Below, piece after piece: positions 44,204 to 52,850 of a stretch of 64,000 nt of DNA (position 1 is the stretch's first letter; each line of letters starts with the position of its first letter). The translations under genes were made by a program, and so were the position numbers. The notes below the pieces were generated by a model. It did not search any database, was not told the origin of the DNA, and saw nothing but the letters and a program-made list of their open reading frames with translations. Source of the stretch: Acidimicrobiia bacterium (GTDB taxonomy: Bacteria; Actinomycetota; Acidimicrobiia; Spongiisociales; ZC4RG35); assembly GCA_035512955.1 (NCBI GenBank), contig DATKCZ010000013.1, forward strand, positions 305-64,304. Direction: 5' to 3'.

Positions 44204-45145
44204 CTACTTGCTGCGCAACTTGGGATCGAGGGCGTCGCGGAGCCCGTCGCCGATGTAGTTGACACTCATCACGGTCAGGGAGATCAGCACCCCCGGTGCG
44301 ATGACCCGCATCGGTGACAACTGGAGATAGTTGTTGCCGTCGAAGAGGAGACGGCCCCAGGTGGGGAAGCTCGCCGGGAAACCGAGCCCCAGGAAGGAGA
44401 GCGCCGACTCGGTGATGATGGCGACCGCCACCCCGAGGGCCGCGGAGACCATGACCGGGCTCAAGGTGTTGGGAAGGATGTGACGCATGATCACGTTGCG
44501 ATTGCGGGTCCCGATGCTGTTGGCGGCGAGGACGAACTCCTCCTCCTTGATCGAGAGGACGTCACCTCGAACCACACGCGCCGTCTGCATCCAACTGGTC
44601 ACACCGATGATGAAGACCACCAGCAGGAAGATCCCCAGCTCCTCACCGAAGGCCTCCTTCAGACTGTCCCTGAAGAGCATGATGACCACCAACAGCAAGG
44701 GGAGGATGGGCAACGCCAGGAACAGGTCCGTGATCCGCATCAGCGGACCGTCGAGTTTGCGGAAAAAGCCCGAGAGGATCCCGATCGCCGTGCCCAGGAA
44801 CACTCCGAAGAGCATCGCAGCGAATCCAACGGAGAGCGAGATCCGACCACCGATCAGGACACGGGCGAGGACGTCACGACCGAGATTGTCGGTACCCAGG
44901 GGGTGCTGCGCGGAAGGCGCCTGGTTGGTTATCGAGGTGTCCACGGCATAGGGGTCGACTCCGTAGATGAGAGGCCCGAAGACGGTGGCGAAGACGATGA
45001 GCCCCAGAAGAACCAGCCCGACCACGGCGCCTTTGTGCTTCTTGAACTGACGCCAGACGTCCTCACGCAGCGTGCGATGATGCTCGCCGCCGCCAGGCGC
45101 CGCTAGACCGGTTTGCTCGTCGACTCGCTCCTGTGTGGTTGCCAT
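44204..45145 (-). CDS. ABC transporter permease (DppC/OppC type)
   Basis: It has six TM segments and the EAA-like loop region of binding-protein-dependent transport permeases. Confidence 0.88.
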   Translation of the reverse strand: MATTQERVDEQTGLAAPGGGEHHRTLREDVWRQFKKHKGAVVGLVLLGLIVFATVFGPLIYGVDPYAVDTSITNQAPSAQHPLGTDNLGRDVLARVLIGGRISLSVGFAAMLFGVFLGTAIGILSGFFRKLDGPLMRITDLFLALPILPLLLVVIMLFRDSLKEAFGEELGIFLLVVFIIGVTSWMQTARVVRGDVLSIKEEEFVLAANSIGTRNRNVIMRHILPNTLSPVMVSAALGVAVAIITESALSFLGLGFPASFPTWGRLLFDGNNYLQLSPMRVIAPGVLISLTVMSVNYIGDGLRDALDPKLRSK

Positions 45146-45161
45146 GTCTGTTCCTATTCAG

Positions 45162-46181
45162 TCAGTCGTAGCGGATCCGCGGGTCCATCACGCCATAGGT
45201 GACGTCGGCTATCAGGTTGAAGACCACGATGAGCACCGCGAACATGAAGGTAAGGGTCTGCACCATCGGCACATCGGATTGACCGATGGAAATGATCAGG
45301 AGTTGGCCCAACCCGTTGATCCTGAAGATCTGCTCGGTGATGATGGCGCCGGCGAAGATGCCCGGGACCTGGAGTGCGATAAGGGTGATAACCGGGATCA
45401 TGCTGTTCCTCATTACGTGTGTCATCACCACGCGGTTCTCCCTGAGACCTTTGGAGCGTGCGGTGCGGACGTAGTCCTTGTTCAGGTTGTCGAGCATCGA
45501 CGATCGGGTGAACCGGCTCAAAGCGGCGGCGTTGAACAGGGAGAGCACTGTGATCGGCATGATCATCTGCTCGACTTGGAACCAGATGCTGTCCCAACTC
45601 GTCCAGTCGACCACATGGGTCGTGGTGTAGAAGGAGGGGAACCATCCCAGCCACACGCTGAAGATGACGATGGCGAGGAGACCGGTGAAGAAGACCGGCA
45701 CCGAGTAGCCCACCATCGTCACGAAGGTGCCGACGTTGTCGAACGCCGAGTACTGCTTGTAGGCGGAGATGACGCCGACGGGGATGGCGATGACGATCCC
45801 GAGGACGAAGGCGATGCCCAGGATCCACAGCGTCTGGGGCAGCCGCTCCATGATGATGTCGATGGCTGGTGCCCGGGAGGACCAGGAGATGATGCGGGCC
45901 CGGTTCTCGCAGTCGCCGATGCAAGTGCCGAAGATCGAGTCGATGGCGTTGAGCGGCTCGTTGATGAACATGAGTTGCATCCACCTGAGCCACTTGACGA
46001 GGAAGGGGTCGGTGAAACCCATTGCCTCCCTGATCCGCTCACGGACCTCGGCCGGGAGCGTAAGAGGTAGCTGGGAGCTCGGGTCGCCCGGGGCCAGATC
46101 GAGAATGGCGAAGATGATGAAGCTGATCACGATCAGCGTGGGGATCGCGAACAGCGTCCGTCTGACGATGTACCTGCCCAT
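45162..46181 (-). CDS. ABC transporter permease (DppB/OppB type)
   Basis: The N-terminus is MGRYIVRRTLFAIPTLIVISFIIF and the C-terminus is DPRIRYD. Confidence 0.9.
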   Translation of the reverse strand: MGRYIVRRTLFAIPTLIVISFIIFAILDLAPGDPSSQLPLTLPAEVRERIREAMGFTDPFLVKWLRWMQLMFINEPLNAIDSIFGTCIGDCENRARIISWSSRAPAIDIIMERLPQTLWILGIAFVLGIVIAIPVGVISAYKQYSAFDNVGTFVTMVGYSVPVFFTGLLAIVIFSVWLGWFPSFYTTTHVVDWTSWDSIWFQVEQMIMPITVLSLFNAAALSRFTRSSMLDNLNKDYVRTARSKGLRENRVVMTHVMRNSMIPVITLIALQVPGIFAGAIITEQIFRINGLGQLLIISIGQSDVPMVQTLTFMFAVLIVVFNLIADVTYGVMDPRIRYD

Positions 46182-46205
46182 CTCTACCTGCCCGAGGTTC
46201 GTGGT

Positions 46206-46243
46206 AAGAGAGCCTTTCAGGTTTGACCCTGAAAGGCTCTCTT
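46206..46243. other. Perfect 16-bp intercistronic stem-loop between the SBP and permease genes
   Basis: The arms are AAGAGAGCCTTTCAGG and CCTGAAAGGCTCTCTT around a tttgac loop. No U-tract follows on the mRNA strand. Confidence 0.7.
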
Positions 46244-46270
46244 GTCAGTAGGTCGAAGTCTAGAGCAGCC

Positions 46271-48076
46271 CTATCCGCTGCGGGTCCAGTCTTCGATGTT
46301 CCATAACTCGGAATCCCATCCGTTGACGTCCACGTAACCATCGAGCGTGCTCGCGAAAGCGGAAACGCTTCCACGATTGACCAACGGGATGACCGCGTAC
46401 TGCACCATCAGGTCGTTCAGCTGAATGATCAGCTCGTTGCGCGCCGGATCCGTGAGAGACGTCTCGGACAGCTGCTGCCAAACCGCATCGAACTCCTCAC
46501 TGGCGAGGCGCTGGAGGTTGCCTCCACCCCATGAGTTCGTCGACTCGGGGATCTCGCTGCTCAAGTTCGACTGGAAGTAGCTCTGAGCGTCTGTGCCCAC
46601 CGCGGAGTTGGTGTACAGCTGGATGTCCGTGAAGAACTTCCAGATCGACGCATCGCTGGCCGCGGTGCCGTCGAAGAACAGACCCGCGTCCTCGTTTCTC
46701 ATCGAGGTCTCGACGCCGATCTGCTCCCAGTACACCGCGATCAGATCCTGTTCGGACTGACGCACCGCGTTGGTGGAGGTGACCACCTCGAACGAGAGCG
46801 GGAGCCCGTCGGGCGTCTCACGCACACCGTCACCGTCGGTGTCCAAGTACCCGTTCTCATCGAGCAGCGCGTTGGCACCCTCGATGTCATGGGTGAGACA
46901 CCAGTCGTTGTTGGTCGACAACGCGTCACCTGGCACGGGCCAGATGTTGCAGGTCGGCTCACCTGCGGGGCCGTACGCCACGGCCACCATCTCCTCGCGG
47001 TTTATCGCCATCGACAATGCGTCGTGGAGAACCTGGTTCTCGAAGAAGTACGGGTTCGGGTTGCTGCCGTCGGCATAGTCAGACGGTGGGTCACCGTCCG
47101 GGTCGGTTTGGTTCAGGTTGAGGTGCTCGACCGAGGTGTTGAACCCGACTGCAATAATCCCGTTTCCGGCTGCCTCCATGGGCCCGAGGATCTCAGGGGC
47201 GACCTGGAGGTTCCAGGCATAGTCGGCTTCGCCGATCTCGAGGACGGAACGTGCCGTTGCCTCGGCGTCGCCGCCACCCTTGATCTCGGCGGTCCCGAAG
47301 AAGGGCTTGCCCTCAGGGATCTTCCGATAGTTCGGGTTCATCTCGTACAGCACTGTGTCTTCGGCCCGCAGCTCGGTGACCACGAAGGGCCCCGTGCCCA
47401 CTGGCTGGAAGTTCTGCTCGGTGCAGGCCGTTGCGGCCTCACCGACACAGTCGGCGAACTGCGCCCGCTGGAGCACCGGCTCGGTCGCTCCGACAAAGGG
47501 GACGTACGGCCACGGTGTCGGACCGTCGAAGGTGATCTGGACGGTCGAGTCGTCGACGGCTTCGACACTGGTGACGCTTTCGAACGCCGGCGAGATGCAG
47601 CCGGTCAACTCGTCAATGCAGTACTCCCAGGTGAAGACGAAGTCGTCTGCGGTCAGCGGTGTGCCATCCGACCAGAGCACGCCGTCCTGGATGGTCCAGG
47701 TGATCGAGGTCAGGTCTTCGGCGATTCCGCCGTTCTCGACAGTCGGGACCTCCGTTGCCAGCGCAGTCACGATCTCACCGTCCGTGTTGTACTCGGCGAG
47801 ACCCTCCAGGACCATAGATCCGGCTTGGATGTCCTTGGTGCCCGTTGACAGATAGGGATTTGCCTGAGATACGGCCTGCCACTGCAGGAGCAACAGGTTT
47901 CCACCCTCACCGGCGCCACCGCCGGTTGGCGGCTCCGTCGGTTCGGTGGAGTCAACAGATGTGGTGGTCGCGCCACCGTCGCCGGTAGTGGTGGTCCCAT
48001 CAACGTCGCCGCCGCCGCATGCCGCGACCACCATGGCAAACACGGCGAGCAACGACAGCAATCTTGTTTTCTTCAT
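46271..48076 (-). CDS. ABC transporter substrate-binding lipoprotein, family 5 (peptide/nickel type)
   Basis: It has the lipobox VVAACGGG, a Thr/Gly linker, and SBP_bac_5-like length and pattern. Confidence 0.88.
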   Translation of the reverse strand: MKKTRLLSLLAVFAMVVAACGGGDVDGTTTTGDGGATTTSVDSTEPTEPPTGGGAGEGGNLLLLQWQAVSQANPYLSTGTKDIQAGSMVLEGLAEYNTDGEIVTALATEVPTVENGGIAEDLTSITWTIQDGVLWSDGTPLTADDFVFTWEYCIDELTGCISPAFESVTSVEAVDDSTVQITFDGPTPWPYVPFVGATEPVLQRAQFADCVGEAATACTEQNFQPVGTGPFVVTELRAEDTVLYEMNPNYRKIPEGKPFFGTAEIKGGGDAEATARSVLEIGEADYAWNLQVAPEILGPMEAAGNGIIAVGFNTSVEHLNLNQTDPDGDPPSDYADGSNPNPYFFENQVLHDALSMAINREEMVAVAYGPAGEPTCNIWPVPGDALSTNNDWCLTHDIEGANALLDENGYLDTDGDGVRETPDGLPLSFEVVTSTNAVRQSEQDLIAVYWEQIGVETSMRNEDAGLFFDGTAASDASIWKFFTDIQLYTNSAVGTDAQSYFQSNLSSEIPESTNSWGGGNLQRLASEEFDAVWQQLSETSLTDPARNELIIQLNDLMVQYAVIPLVNRGSVSAFASTLDGYVDVNGWDSELWNIEDWTRSG

Positions 48077-48356
48077 GTCTTATTTCCTCCATGTGCCGGA
48101 ACGATCGTCCGGCATCAGAGGGCAACGCTACCAGCGTCTCGGATGCTGGGGCGAGGAAACGCCGGCCGATTCGCTGCTTTCCGATAACTGTCCGATAACC
48201 GACAGTTGCCATTCGAGACCGCGGAACTACAAACCTCAGGTATTGGACCTCATGTAAGAAACCGACAGCCCCGAGAACGCGAGCGGCCGTTTTCTCGAGA
48301 TCGTGAGTTCCGTATCGGGCTACCTGCGGTTATCGGACCAACCTCGGGCAGGAGCG

Positions 48357-49406
48357 CTAGATCGGTGTGACGGTGAGCGTGCTGTCCAACTCGGCGAAGT
48401 GACAGGCCACCCAGCGGCCCGGCTCGAGCTCGCGCCACTCGGGCACCTCGGTCACACAGCGCTCTTTTGCCACAGGGCATCGGGTGTTGAAAGGACACCC
48501 CGGGGGTGGGTTGGCGGGGCTGGGGATGTCCCCCTCGAGGATGACCCGCTCCCTGGTCGCCTCGACCACGGGGTCGGGGACCGGGACCGCCGAGAGCAGC
48601 GCCTGGGTGTATGGATGCTTGGGGTCGTTGTAGAGATGGTCGACGTCGGCCAGCTCCATGATCTTGCCCAGATACATGACCGCCACTCGATCGGCGATAT
48701 GGCGGACCATGGAGAGGTCGTGGCTGATGAACAGATAGGTCAGGCCGAGGACCTCCTGGAGATCCTCGAGGAGATTGACCACCTGGGCCTGGATCGAGAC
48801 GTCCAGGGCGGCTATCGGCTCGTCGGCCACGATGAAGTCCGGGTTGAGGGCGATGGCTCTGGCGATGCCGATGCGCTGTCGTTGCCCGCCCGAGAACTCG
48901 TGGGGATAGCGGTTGGCGTGCTTCGGCTCCAGACCGACCAGGCTCAACAGCTCTTCGATTCGCTTCTTGCGGTCTTCCCCCTTGGCCTTGTTGTGCTCGG
49001 TCAATGGCTCACCGATGATCGAGGCAACGGTCATCCGGGGGTTGAGCGACGCATGGGGGTTTTGGAAGATCATCTGCATGCGGGGTCGAAGAGAGCGCAG
49101 CTTGTTCCCGGTGGTCACCGTCAGGTCGACGTCCTCGAACTGGACTACACCCTCGGTGGCTTTTTCGAGCTGGAGGATCACTCGCCCCGTGGTCGACTTG
49201 CCGGAGCCGGACTCACCGACGAGCCCCAGTGTCTCGCCGCGTCGAACGTCGAAGGTGATGCCGTCGACGGCGCGGACGGCCCCAACCTGACGACGGAACA
49301 CTCCCTTCATGATAGGGAAGTGCTTCTTCAGGCCTTGGATCCTGACTATCACATCGTCGGTCTGGGGGGCGGGAGCAGGTGGCGCGGTGGGAGTCTCAGT
49401 TGCCAT
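48357..49406 (-). CDS. ABC transporter ATP-binding protein (DppF/OppF type)
   Basis: It has Walker A GESGSGKST, signature FSGGQRQR, and the C-terminal oligopeptide-ATPase Cys motif (PPGCPFNTRCP). Confidence 0.9.
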   Translation of the reverse strand: MATETPTAPPAPAPQTDDVIVRIQGLKKHFPIMKGVFRRQVGAVRAVDGITFDVRRGETLGLVGESGSGKSTTGRVILQLEKATEGVVQFEDVDLTVTTGNKLRSLRPRMQMIFQNPHASLNPRMTVASIIGEPLTEHNKAKGEDRKKRIEELLSLVGLEPKHANRYPHEFSGGQRQRIGIARAIALNPDFIVADEPIAALDVSIQAQVVNLLEDLQEVLGLTYLFISHDLSMVRHIADRVAVMYLGKIMELADVDHLYNDPKHPYTQALLSAVPVPDPVVEATRERVILEGDIPSPANPPPGCPFNTRCPVAKERCVTEVPEWRELEPGRWVACHFAELDSTLTVTPI

Positions 49407-50412
49407 AGCGAGGCCGGTCGTTGTCGAGGTCCCACCAGCAGGCGGTCTTGCGGCCATTGCCGATGTCCATCAGAGGAGGGTTCTCCTCGCGGCATTTGTC
49501 GTAGACGTACGGGCACCGCGGTGCGAACGGGCAGCTCGTGGGGAATTCGTAGAGGTCGGGCGGCTGACCCTTGATGTTGACCAGGTCCAGACCCTTTTGG
49601 TCGAGTCGGGGCAGCGATCCCAACAGGCCCTCGGTGTAGGGGTGTTGGGGGTTGGCATACAGCTCGTTGACCGGGGCCTCTTCGACGATGAGCCCGGCGT
49701 ACATGACGAGTACACGTTCGGCAAGACCGGCGACGACCCCGAGGTCATGGGTGATCCAGATCACGGCGGTCCCCAGCTTCTCCCTGAGGTCGCGGACTAT
49801 CTGGATTATCTGGGCCTGAATTGTGACGTCGAGGGCGGTTGTCGGCTCATCGGCGATCAGTATCTCGGGATCACAGGCGAGCGACATCGCGATCATCACC
49901 CGCTGTCGCATGCCTCCCGACAGCTCGTGGGGGTAGTTTTTCAGTCTCGCTGCCGCGTCGGGGATGCCGACGAGGTCCAACAACTCCTTGGCCCGGAGTC
50001 GCAACTGCTTCTCCGTCAAGTCGGTGTGGAGCCCGAGGGCCTCGGTTATCTGATATCCGATGGTGAGCACGGGGTTGAGTGAGGTCATCGGGTCCTGAAA
50101 GATGAACCCGATCTTGCCCCCTCTGATCGAGCGAAGCTCGTCGAGGTCGACTTTGAGGAGGTCTTGGTCACCGAACATGGCCTGACCGGACATGATCTCG
50201 CCGGGTGGCATCGGGATCAGGCGGAGCAGGGACATCATGGTCACGGTCTTGCCCGAGCCGGACTCACCCACCACCCCGAGAAACTCGCCGCGTTTGAGAT
50301 GGAAGCTGACACCGTTGACCGCATGAACGGTCCCGTCCTGTGTGACGAATCGGGTCTTGAGGTCGTCGACCTCGAGGACCGTCTGGATCTGAGTCTGTGT
50401 CACGCTGCCCAA
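49396..50412 (-). CDS. ABC transporter ATP-binding protein (DppD/OppD type)
   Basis: It has Walker A GESGSGKT, signature LSGGMRQR, and the C-terminal CPFAPRCP. Confidence 0.9.
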   Translation of the reverse strand: MGSVTQTQIQTVLEVDDLKTRFVTQDGTVHAVNGVSFHLKRGEFLGVVGESGSGKTVTMMSLLRLIPMPPGEIMSGQAMFGDQDLLKVDLDELRSIRGGKIGFIFQDPMTSLNPVLTIGYQITEALGLHTDLTEKQLRLRAKELLDLVGIPDAAARLKNYPHELSGGMRQRVMIAMSLACDPEILIADEPTTALDVTIQAQIIQIVRDLREKLGTAVIWITHDLGVVAGLAERVLVMYAGLIVEEAPVNELYANPQHPYTEGLLGSLPRLDQKGLDLVNIKGQPPDLYEFPTSCPFAPRCPYVYDKCREENPPLMDIGNGRKTACWWDLDNDRPRYGN

Positions 50413-50475
50413 TCGCTTGTGAGGTGAGGGCAGAGTAACCCCAACTTTCGCGATAGGTGCCGGAAAGTAGGACTC

Positions 50476-51627
50476 CTACCCGCTATCGCCGATACTCTCC
50501 CAAACCTCTCTCTCGGCCATGTCGATGATCGTGTAGGCCATCGCCAGCGCACCGTCCCTAATCGCCTCGTCGCCGCTCTCGGTGACGGTGGCGGCGGCGA
50601 AGTCCTTTTGATGATTGACCGCGCCGTTGGTCTCGATGGCCAGCATCGGATGGATCGAAGGGACCACCTGGCTGAGGTTGCCCATGTCAGAGGACCCCCC
50701 GGATGCCCCGACCTCGGCCTCGAGGGGGAGGGGACGGCCCAGTGCGGTCGAGTTCTGCTGGAACAGCTCGGTCATGATCGCGCTGTTGACCATGTTGAGA
50801 TAAGGATGTCCGAGCGGGTTCAGCTCGAGACGGCAACCCGTGGCCCGGGCCGCGGCCTCGAAACAGGCGTGGACCTTGGGGATCAGCTCCTCGAGCCGCT
50901 CGGAGCCCGCGGAGCGAATCCCCCAGGTCGACCTGGTGTAGGCGGGGATGATGTTGTTGGCGTCCCCGCCATGGTTGATGATGCAGTGGACCCGGTCGCT
51001 GGGAAGCAGCTGCTGTCGCAGCGTGGCCACGTTCATGTATGCCTGGACGAAGGCGTCTAGGGCATTGATCCCCACCTGGGGGGCGAACGCGGCGTGGGAC
51101 TCCTTTCCGTGGTACTCGACGGTGAAGCTGCTCCGTGCCTGGAAGCTGGGGTCGAGCAGGTCCCGTGGGCTGGGGTGGATCATCATCGCTGCAGCGGCGT
51201 CTTGGAGAGCCCCGGCGTCGATGAGGTCGACCTTGCCCCCACCCCCCTCCTCGGCAGGGGTGCCGAGCACGGTGACCCGGATGCCCAGCTCATCGGTCAG
51301 GCCCGCTACCGCGACTCCCGCCCCGAGAGCCGCAGTGGCGATGATGTTGTGACCGCAGGCGTGTCCGATCTCGGGGAGAGCGTCGTACTCACAGCAGATG
51401 ACGACTCGTGGCCCCGATGAGCCGGCGGTGGCTTCGAACGCGGTTTTCAACCCGTGTGTCGGATGTTCAACCTCGAACCCGTTGTCCCTGAGGAAGGCGG
51501 CGAGCTTGGCGGAGGACTCGTACTCCTCATACTGGATCTCGGGGTTCTCGTACATCCACCTCGAGATCCCCCGGAGCTCGGCCTCGACGGCGGTGAACCT
51601 CTCTTCGGCTGTCTGTTTGCGGCTCAT
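50476..51627 (-). CDS. M20 family amidohydrolase/metallopeptidase, copy B
   Basis: Motifs are CEYDALPEIGHACGHN and GTPAEEGGGGK. I chose the ATG at 51627. Confidence 0.85.
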   Translation of the reverse strand: MSRKQTAEERFTAVEAELRGISRWMYENPEIQYEEYESSAKLAAFLRDNGFEVEHPTHGLKTAFEATAGSSGPRVVICCEYDALPEIGHACGHNIIATAALGAGVAVAGLTDELGIRVTVLGTPAEEGGGGKVDLIDAGALQDAAAAMMIHPSPRDLLDPSFQARSSFTVEYHGKESHAAFAPQVGINALDAFVQAYMNVATLRQQLLPSDRVHCIINHGGDANNIIPAYTRSTWGIRSAGSERLEELIPKVHACFEAAARATGCRLELNPLGHPYLNMVNSAIMTELFQQNSTALGRPLPLEAEVGASGGSSDMGNLSQVVPSIHPMLAIETNGAVNHQKDFAAATVTESGDEAIRDGALAMAYTIIDMAEREVWESIGDSG

Positions 51628-51649
51628 GGGCGCACGGTAGCCAGTGGCT

Positions 51650-52789
51650 TCACAGGCTCTCCCATACGTCCTGTTCTGCCATGTCGATGATGGTGTGGGC
51701 CATGGCCAACGCACCGTCTCGCAGCGCCCGTTCCCCCGAAGGGGTGACGGTGGCGGCGGCGAACTCCGGCTGGTGATTCACCGCCTCGGTCTCGATGGCG
51801 AGGGAGGGATGGATGGAGGGGACGACATGGCTCACATTGCCCATGTCCGACGAAGCCGAGGTTTCGATTCCCGAGTCGGCGAACGTGGGCATCGACCTTC
51901 CCAGAGCGATGCAATTGGCCGCGAACAGTGCGGTCATCACCGGGTTGGAGATCAAATCGACATATGGCTCGCCCTCGTACTCGATCTCGAGCCGGCACCC
52001 CGACGACTGGGCGGCCGCCTCGAAACAGGCGAGCACCTTTTGCTTGATCGCATCGAAGCGATCGGCGGTGGCCGCCCGGACGATCCAACGTGATCTGGTG
52101 AGGTCGGGTATCACGTTCGGTGCCCCGCCCCCCTCGGTGATCACACCGTGGACACGGTCCCCCAACTCGAACTGCTGTCGCAGAGTCGAGATGTTGTTGT
52201 ATGCCCCGACGAAGGCGTCGAGGGCGTTGATACCGAGTTGTGGTGTGGCGGCCGCGTGGGCGGTCTTGCCGTGGAAGGTGGCGACGAAGCCCTGGGCCGC
52301 CAACAGCTTCGGGTCGACGAGGTCGTGTCGGCTGGGGTGGATCAGCAGCGACGCCGCGGCGTCCTCGAACGCCTCCGCCTCGATCAGATCGATCTTGCGG
52401 CCCCCGCCCTCTTCGGCGGGAGTCCCCAGCACAGTGACCCTGATGCCGAGCTCATCGGCGAGACCGGCCAACGAAATGCCGGCTCCCACCGACGAGGTGG
52501 CGATGATGTTGTGGCCACAGGCATGTCCCACCTGGGGGAGGGCGTCGTACTCGGCGCATATGACCACCCGGGGACCCGATGACCCGACGTTCGCCTCGAA
52601 GGCGGTGCTGAGCCCGTAGGCCGGATACGTGACCTCGAAGCCGTGCTCACCGAGGAATTTGGCGAGCCTGGCCGATGACTCGAACTCCGCATCGCCGAGC
52701 TCGGGGTTGTCGTACATCCACCTCGAGATCTCTGTCAACTCCCTCTCGACGGTGGAGAAGTCGTCGACTGCTCTCTGTTTGTGACTCAT
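51650..52789 (-). CDS. M20 family amidohydrolase/metallopeptidase, copy A
   Basis: Motifs are AEYDALPQVGHACGHN and GTPAEEGGGRK. It is colinear with copy B over the full length. Confidence 0.85.
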   Translation of the reverse strand: MSHKQRAVDDFSTVERELTEISRWMYDNPELGDAEFESSARLAKFLGEHGFEVTYPAYGLSTAFEANVGSSGPRVVICAEYDALPQVGHACGHNIIATSSVGAGISLAGLADELGIRVTVLGTPAEEGGGRKIDLIEAEAFEDAAASLLIHPSRHDLVDPKLLAAQGFVATFHGKTAHAAATPQLGINALDAFVGAYNNISTLRQQFELGDRVHGVITEGGGAPNVIPDLTRSRWIVRAATADRFDAIKQKVLACFEAAAQSSGCRLEIEYEGEPYVDLISNPVMTALFAANCIALGRSMPTFADSGIETSASSDMGNVSHVVPSIHPSLAIETEAVNHQPEFAAATVTPSGERALRDGALAMAHTIIDMAEQDVWESL

Positions 52790-52850
52790 GACCGCACGCT
52801 AACGGCTGGCGGTTGTCGACAGCCGGGCGTCGGGCACCCCCGTTCAGGAA

